DNA of 64,000 nt from NCBI RefSeq assembly GCF_009914755.1, contig NC_060932.1; one strand, given 5' to 3'. Below are positions 58,300-64,000 of the stretch, piece after piece (the stretch's first letter is position 1; each line of letters opens with the position of its first letter). The notes under the pieces are model-generated. The model did no database searches and was not told the origin of the DNA. It was given only the letters and a program-made list of their open reading frames with translations. A program made the position numbers and the translations under genes. This DNA comes from the human T2T-CHM13v2.0 reference genome, Homo sapiens.

Positions 58300-59700
58300 T
58301 TTGAATGATGCTGTGACCAGTGAAACAGGAAAAACATATCAACCTGGAGGTGGACAGAACTGGAACTGAGGGAAATAGCAAAATGGATTTAAAAAGAAAC
58401 TCAGACAGAAGGGAAGTCAGCCAAGAATTCTGTGCTTTGGCTGCTTTTGGCTGCTTTGGCAAAAATGAGAGTAACTAAGAGAAGTATGAGGCTTCTGGTC
58501 TGCCAAGACAAGTAACCACCACAGATTCTGTCTATAATTGTAAGGGACATGATAAAAAGCAGGGGGTAGTACAGGTGTTTCTTTTGATCAGAATGTCACT
58601 CTGCCAAACTGATAATCACTGATAAGACTATGAAGGCTTTGAGTGTGTAGTGAAGGGAGTGAAGATCAAGAGATATCCGAAACCTGGAGCTTGGGAACAT
58701 TCAAAGAGTTCAGAAAATGCACCTTTTGCAGAAATGTGGAAGTCTTAATCTGTTGAACTGGCTGAAGGCAGGGTTATGTAGAAATACCTTGAAATTGGGA
58801 GTAGTTCAACTCTACCCTTATTATGATAAATTGAATGCTTCTAAAGGTGTTGAAATGTTGAAATTGCAGGCACCTTCAGTTAGATTACATAATGATAAAC
58901 TGTTCCAAATTTAGGCCTTTTACCCAAGGAATGATTGATGTGATAAATGGGGCTTAGCATGCTTGGGATTGTTGTGTGACTCTCCTGATAGAAGGGTGAA
59001 AGCATGTGAGGAAGGCTGTTGCAGATCGGGGCTCAACTCCTCCTAATGGGTTGAATGACGGAAAAAAGTTAGAAATATTCAGAAAAAAAAGAATGTTACG
59101 AATAAAAGGGATACAAAAATCATTGGAACAATTAAACAGGGTGAAATTGTTCAGATGGCTAATGAAAACATTATGAAACATTATGAAAAAAGAGATGATA
59201 GATGACATGACTACTAAATCTTAATAGATTGCTAAAGGGAATACATACTCCAGCTGCTCCACCAACTCATCAGACTATAAAAAGCCCAAGGCATATTTGT
59301 TCAATGTATCCTGGTTGTGATGAATTTTAACAGATTTTTGGATAATAACAAATGAACTAGAAGTATGGTTCAGAATTGGAACATAAGAGATACCTTAGTG
59401 CTACATTATAAATATTTTGTGAAGAAGAAAATTCCAAATGGGACAGGTTGAAGGCCATCAAAAACAAACAAACAAAACAACACCACCTTATACATTCATA
59501 AAAAAAAAACTGGAACCAGAAATTGAACATGCACATTTGGTCTTTGGAAGTGGTTTCTTGGTTACATGAGATGAGTAGTCATGGAGGCATTTAAGCAACA
59601 TAATGAAGAACAATAAAACGTGAATCCCACTGTTCCCAGTCTGACTGAGAAAGAATCCTAGGAGGCCTTTGATATTTCACTGGGAAGCCTCAGATCTCTC
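58300..59700 (+). mobile_element. Ancient ERVL-class internal (gag-like) remnant
   Basis: Conceptual peptides LWLLLAALAKM (~58435) and VKLFRWLMK..MKKEMIDD (~59140-59210) resemble ERVL gag motifs GWLLL..L and LWRWLI..EIDG. Confidence 0.4.
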
Positions 59701-60908
59701 TGATGTTTGCCTGTGCTTCTCTCCTACTGCTATACCAGCATATTTAGCTTTGTTTAAAGCCTTTCATGAGTATAATCTTTGGAGTCTCATGAATCTTATC
59801 AATCATCTAGCCCTGTGTAATTAATGTAATTATGTGAATCAAAGTTTAAAACATTCTCATTCTCAAACAATATGTTAATTTTTTAAGATTATAATTATCT
59901 AAATGTTGTAGTTTAGTTTTCTGAATCTTTTTTACAATAAATTTTTCTTCATGTGTTTATTTTAAATTGTGTGCTTATCTTCAGTGTGCTTTATGTGTAA
60001 TAACACATAAATTGTGTGCTTTATGTGTAGTAACTTGGTGCAACTAAAGTGAAAGGTGCATTTTTCTAGAATAATTTGTATTTGTTTTTGCAAGTTGCCC
60101 AAGGGTTTTTATTTTAACAATTTAGAGATTTCCATATCTTATGAGCTTTGCAAATTTAAGTATAAAATATTTACCAAGGTAGGGTATAGAACATGGCAAG
60201 AGTAAGCAAAAATGACACAGTAGGGACAAACCAGGGGTTAGTCCGTTCCTAGAAACACTGAAAAATTGGCAAATCTGTCAGAATCAATCTTATAGGAACT
60301 CTGAAAGGTAGTTAAAGGTTTATAGCAAACAAGTGAATGTTTAACTTGAAGAAAGGACACTAACACAAAATAGAAAAGGATTTGGGCAATTAACTTATTT
60401 GTACTCCACCAAATTCCCCATGATGCCACAGTCTTTAAAATAGCAGCCCACATTCTTGATGCAGTTACCAGGTTTTAAAAGTCGCAGAGTGAAAGTTGTT
60501 CCCAAGGAATTGTGTTTGTCTGTTTTGGCTTACTTGTCTGTGGATTCCTGAAATATTGATGCAATGAAGGAACTTACATTTGTTTTACCGAACTCAAAAC
60601 TGTCTCAGGGCAAAGAGGTGCCTAAAAACATGTTCTTCAAAAACACTGAAAGAAAAATGAATGACTTACTCTGTGTGGTGCATAAAATAACATTTGTGGC
60701 AAACAATGGTCATATTGAAAGCCTGGGAGGAAAGGCTTAGAAGTGTAGTGCTTTGGATGATCAGAGATAAGCAATGACTGGAGAAAATTTTCTTTTCTTT
60801 CCTTACCTCTCCTTCTTCTTCTGTGCTTGTTTTTTGTTTGCTTGTTTTCAGCTCTAGACACTAAAGAAATCTCTGTCAAATCAATGGCTGACAATGAAGG
60901 TAAAGGCG

Positions 60909-60960
60909 AAAGATATCAGAGACCATCTCAAAAAAAAAAAAAAAAAGATATCAGAGACCA
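60909..60960 (+). mobile_element. Extremely 5'-truncated Alu-like insertion (TCTC + poly(A)) with a 17-bp TSD
   Basis: aaagatatcagagacca (60909-60925), then tctc and an A-run, then aaagatatcagagacca (60944-60960). Confidence 0.75.
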
Positions 60961-62078
60961 CACATCACAAAGAACGCAATATTTTCAGAAGTAGTTTACA
61001 AAATTCACTATAACCTCACAGCAAGCAAATGAAAAATCTTGAACATGGGAGAATCTGATTTAGAGTTACTATATCACAATATTTAAAACATCCAGTTTTT
61101 AACAAAACATTATGAGGCAAGCCAAGAAAAAAAAAGTATGACCCAGTCACGTGAAAAAAAAGAGAAATTAACAAAAGCTGTCTCTGAGGAAACACAGACA
61201 CTGGACTTCCTAGACAAAGACTTAAATCAACTGTCTTAAATATGTTCAAACAGCTAAAGGCAACCATTGACAAAGAGCTAAAAGAAGGCAGTAGACTTAA
61301 ATAGGCAGCAAAAAGATCCAGCAAATTTGAAGATATCAATTAAGCAATTCGGTCTGAAGTCTCAGAAGAAAAACAAATGAAGAAAAATAAACAGAGCCTA
61401 GGTGTGGAGCACCATAAAGCATACTAACATAGGTATAGTGAGAGTCCTTGAAGAAAATGAGAAAAAAAAAAAAAAGAAAATTTGAAGACATAATATCTGA
61501 AAACTTCTCAAATTTGATGAAAGACATAAATCTATACATCCAGGAAGCTCAACACATTCCAAATAGAAAAAACTCAGAGACATCTACATAGAGACACATT
61601 ATAATCAAACTGTGAAAATACAAAGACAGTAAGAGAATCTTGAAAGCATCAGATGAAAAGCAAATCATCACATACAAGGGGATCCTCAAAATTAACAGTT
61701 CATTTATCATAAGAAAATATGGGCACCAGAAAACAGTAGAATGACATATTTACTATGCTGAAAGAAACAAAAAAGCTGTCAATCAAGAATTATGTTTCTG
61801 CTATAACTATCCTTCAAAATTAAGAAAAGAATTAAAACAATTCCAGAAAAAGAAGAACTAGAGGAGATTATTGCTAGTAGACCTGCCCTGCAAAAAAATG
61901 CTAAAGAGAATTCTTCAGGATAAATTAAAATATATTAGATAATAACTTGAAGCAAGGCATATGGAAAAATAACACAAGTAAACATAACAACTTATGTAAA
62001 TATAAAAGTGAGTATTATTGTATTTTTACTTGTACTTCTTCCTCTTTTTATCTCATATGATTTAAAAGATAAATGCAT

Positions 62079-62990
62079 CTTGGGGTTGCTCTTCTCAAGG
62101 AGTATCTTTGTGGTGTTCTCTGTATTTCCTGAATTTGAATGTTGGCCTGTCTTGCTAGGTTGGGGAAGCTCTCCTGGATAATATCCTGAAGAGTGTTTTC
62201 CATTTATGCACCCAACAAACATATGAAAAAATGCTCATCATCACTGGTCATTAGAGAAATGCAAATCAAAACCACAATCAGATATCATCTCATATCAGTT
62301 AGAATGGCGATCATTAAAAAGTCAGGAAACAACAGATGCTGGAGAGGATGTGGAGAAATAGGAATGATTTTACACCATTAGTGGGAGTGTAAATTAGTTC
62401 AACCATTGTGGAAGACAGTGTGGCAATTCCTCAAGGATCTAGAACTAGAAATACCATTTGACCCAGCAATCCCATTACTGGGCATATGCCCAAAGGATTA
62501 TAAATCATTCTACTATAAAGACATATGCATACGTATGTTTATTGCAGCACTATTCACAATAGCAAAGACTTGGAACCAACCCAAATGTCCATTAGTGATA
62601 GACTGAATAAAGAAAATGTGGCACATATACACCATGGAATATTATGCAACCATAAAAAAGGATGAGTTCATGTCCTTTGCAGGGACATGGATGAAGCTGG
62701 AAACTATCATTCACAGCAAACTAACAGAAGAGAACAAAACCAAACACCACACATTCTCACTCATAAGTGGGAGTTGAACAGTGAGAACACATGGACACAG
62801 GGAGGGGAACATTGCACACCGGTGCCTGTCAGGAGGTGAGGGGCTGGAGGAGAGACAGCATTAGGCGAAATGCCCAATGTAGGTGATGGATTGATGAGTG
62901 CAGCAAACCACCAGGGCACGTGTATACCTGTATAACAAAACTGCACATTCTGCACGTGTACTCCAGAACTTAAAGTATAATAAAAAAAAG
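62079..62990 (+). mobile_element. 5'-inverted L1PA (PA7-like): inverted ORF1 piece 62079-62202 plus sense 3' end 62201-62990
   Basis: Reverse ORF1 sequence (ggagtatctttgtggtgttctctgtatttcctgaatttgaatg) fused to the ORF2 C-terminus, 3' UTR and A tail; TSD aagataaatgcat / aagacaaatgtgt. Confidence 0.88.
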
Positions 62991-63839
62991 AAGACAAATG
63001 TGTAAAACAATAACTACAAACTTAATAGGCACACAAAATATAATGAGGCAATTTGAGAAAATAATAATGTAAGGAGGAGGAATGAAAATGTATAGAAGCA
63101 GAATTTTGTATGCCATTGAAGCAAAGTTAATATAATTTCAAAGTAGGTAGTTATAAGTTTAAGGTGCTAAAAGTAATCACGATGTTTACCAAATCTAACA
63201 TAGAAAAAAATAGGAAAATGCGGAAGCTCTTATCAGTAATTTCTTGACCTATAAATAGGTTAAACGCTCCATTTAAAAGATAGAGATTGTAATAATGGAT
63301 ACAAATACAGGTCCATCCATGTGATGTCTACAATAGACTTAACTAATATACAAAGACACAAACAGGTTGAAAAGAATATATTGTAACATAAAAATATATT
63401 CCATGCAAATAGTAACCAAAAGAGAGCTGGTATGGCTATAGGCCCAAGTAGACTTTATGTAAAAGATTGTTAAAAGACCCAGAGGACATTATACATTGAT
63501 AAAAGGACCAACCAATCAAGAATATGTAACAATTATATACACACACACACACTTATGTATGTAAAGAGCTCCAACATACATGGAACATAACTTGACAACT
63601 GAAAGGAGGAATAGAAGATTCTGAAAGAATAGAGATTTCAATGCCACACTTTCAATAATGGAAGAAACAAGTAGATTGAAGATTTGTTTTAATGACAGCT
63701 TAAACACTATACAACAATTACTTCTAACAGACATCATATACAGAACACTGCATTCAACAACGCAATACTCCTTCTTAACTGCACACGGAACAGTCTACAA
63801 GGTACACCAAATTTTAGGCCACAAAACAAGTCTCAATAC

Positions 63840-64000
63840 TTTTTTTTTTTTTTTTTTGAGACAGAGTCTTGCTCTGTCACCCAGGCTGGAGTGCAGTGGC
63901 GTGATTTCGGCTTGCTGCAAGCTCCGCCTCCTGGGTTCACGCCATTCTCCCACCTCAGCCTCCTGAGTAGCTAGGACTACAGGCGCCCGCCGCTATGCCC
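63840..64000 (-). mobile_element. AluY, cut by the window end
   Basis: T tail followed by gcaagctccgcctcctgggttcacgccattctcc. Confidence 0.9.

Larger units (their letters stand above)
60190..63839 (+). mobile_element. Old L1M (5' region, ORF1, ORF2 endonuclease), interrupted by an L1PA
   Basis: aaacttctcaaatttgatgaaagacataaatcta..atcacatacaaggg (ORF1); [19 protein letters not shown] (endonuclease). Confidence 0.8.

Overview
Human genomic DNA: it carries a consensus-identical AluYa5, a human-specific subfamily. The window is AT-rich, CpG-poor and dominated by interspersed repeats: Alu, L1 (PA, PB, MA, MC and older M classes), MaLR LTRs (MST, THE1C, MLT1), ERVL LTRs (MLT2, LTR33), a solo HERV-H LTR7, and Tigger/hAT DNA transposons. 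I recognise no protein-coding gene, RNA gene or CRISPR array. The long ORFs are repeat-derived or low-complexity; the shorter ones in unique sequence resemble nothing I recognise. The most notable observations are: (1) several scars of templated or inverted DNA copying, including a ~130-bp local inverted duplication, a four-piece patchwork, a micro-scale template-switch cluster and an inverted Alu chimera; (2) unusual retrotransposition products, namely a TCTC+poly(A) mini-insertion with a 17-bp TSD and a 5'-inverted L1PA with a multi-kb gap; (3) three embryo-type LTR promoter candidates plus a chain of candidate minus-strand exons that could form an LTR-driven lncRNA; (4) a strong CTCF motif. 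The sequence alone does not establish a new biological system. Repeat subfamilies were recognised from remembered consensus sequences, not from a RepeatMasker run, and boundaries of old elements are approximate.
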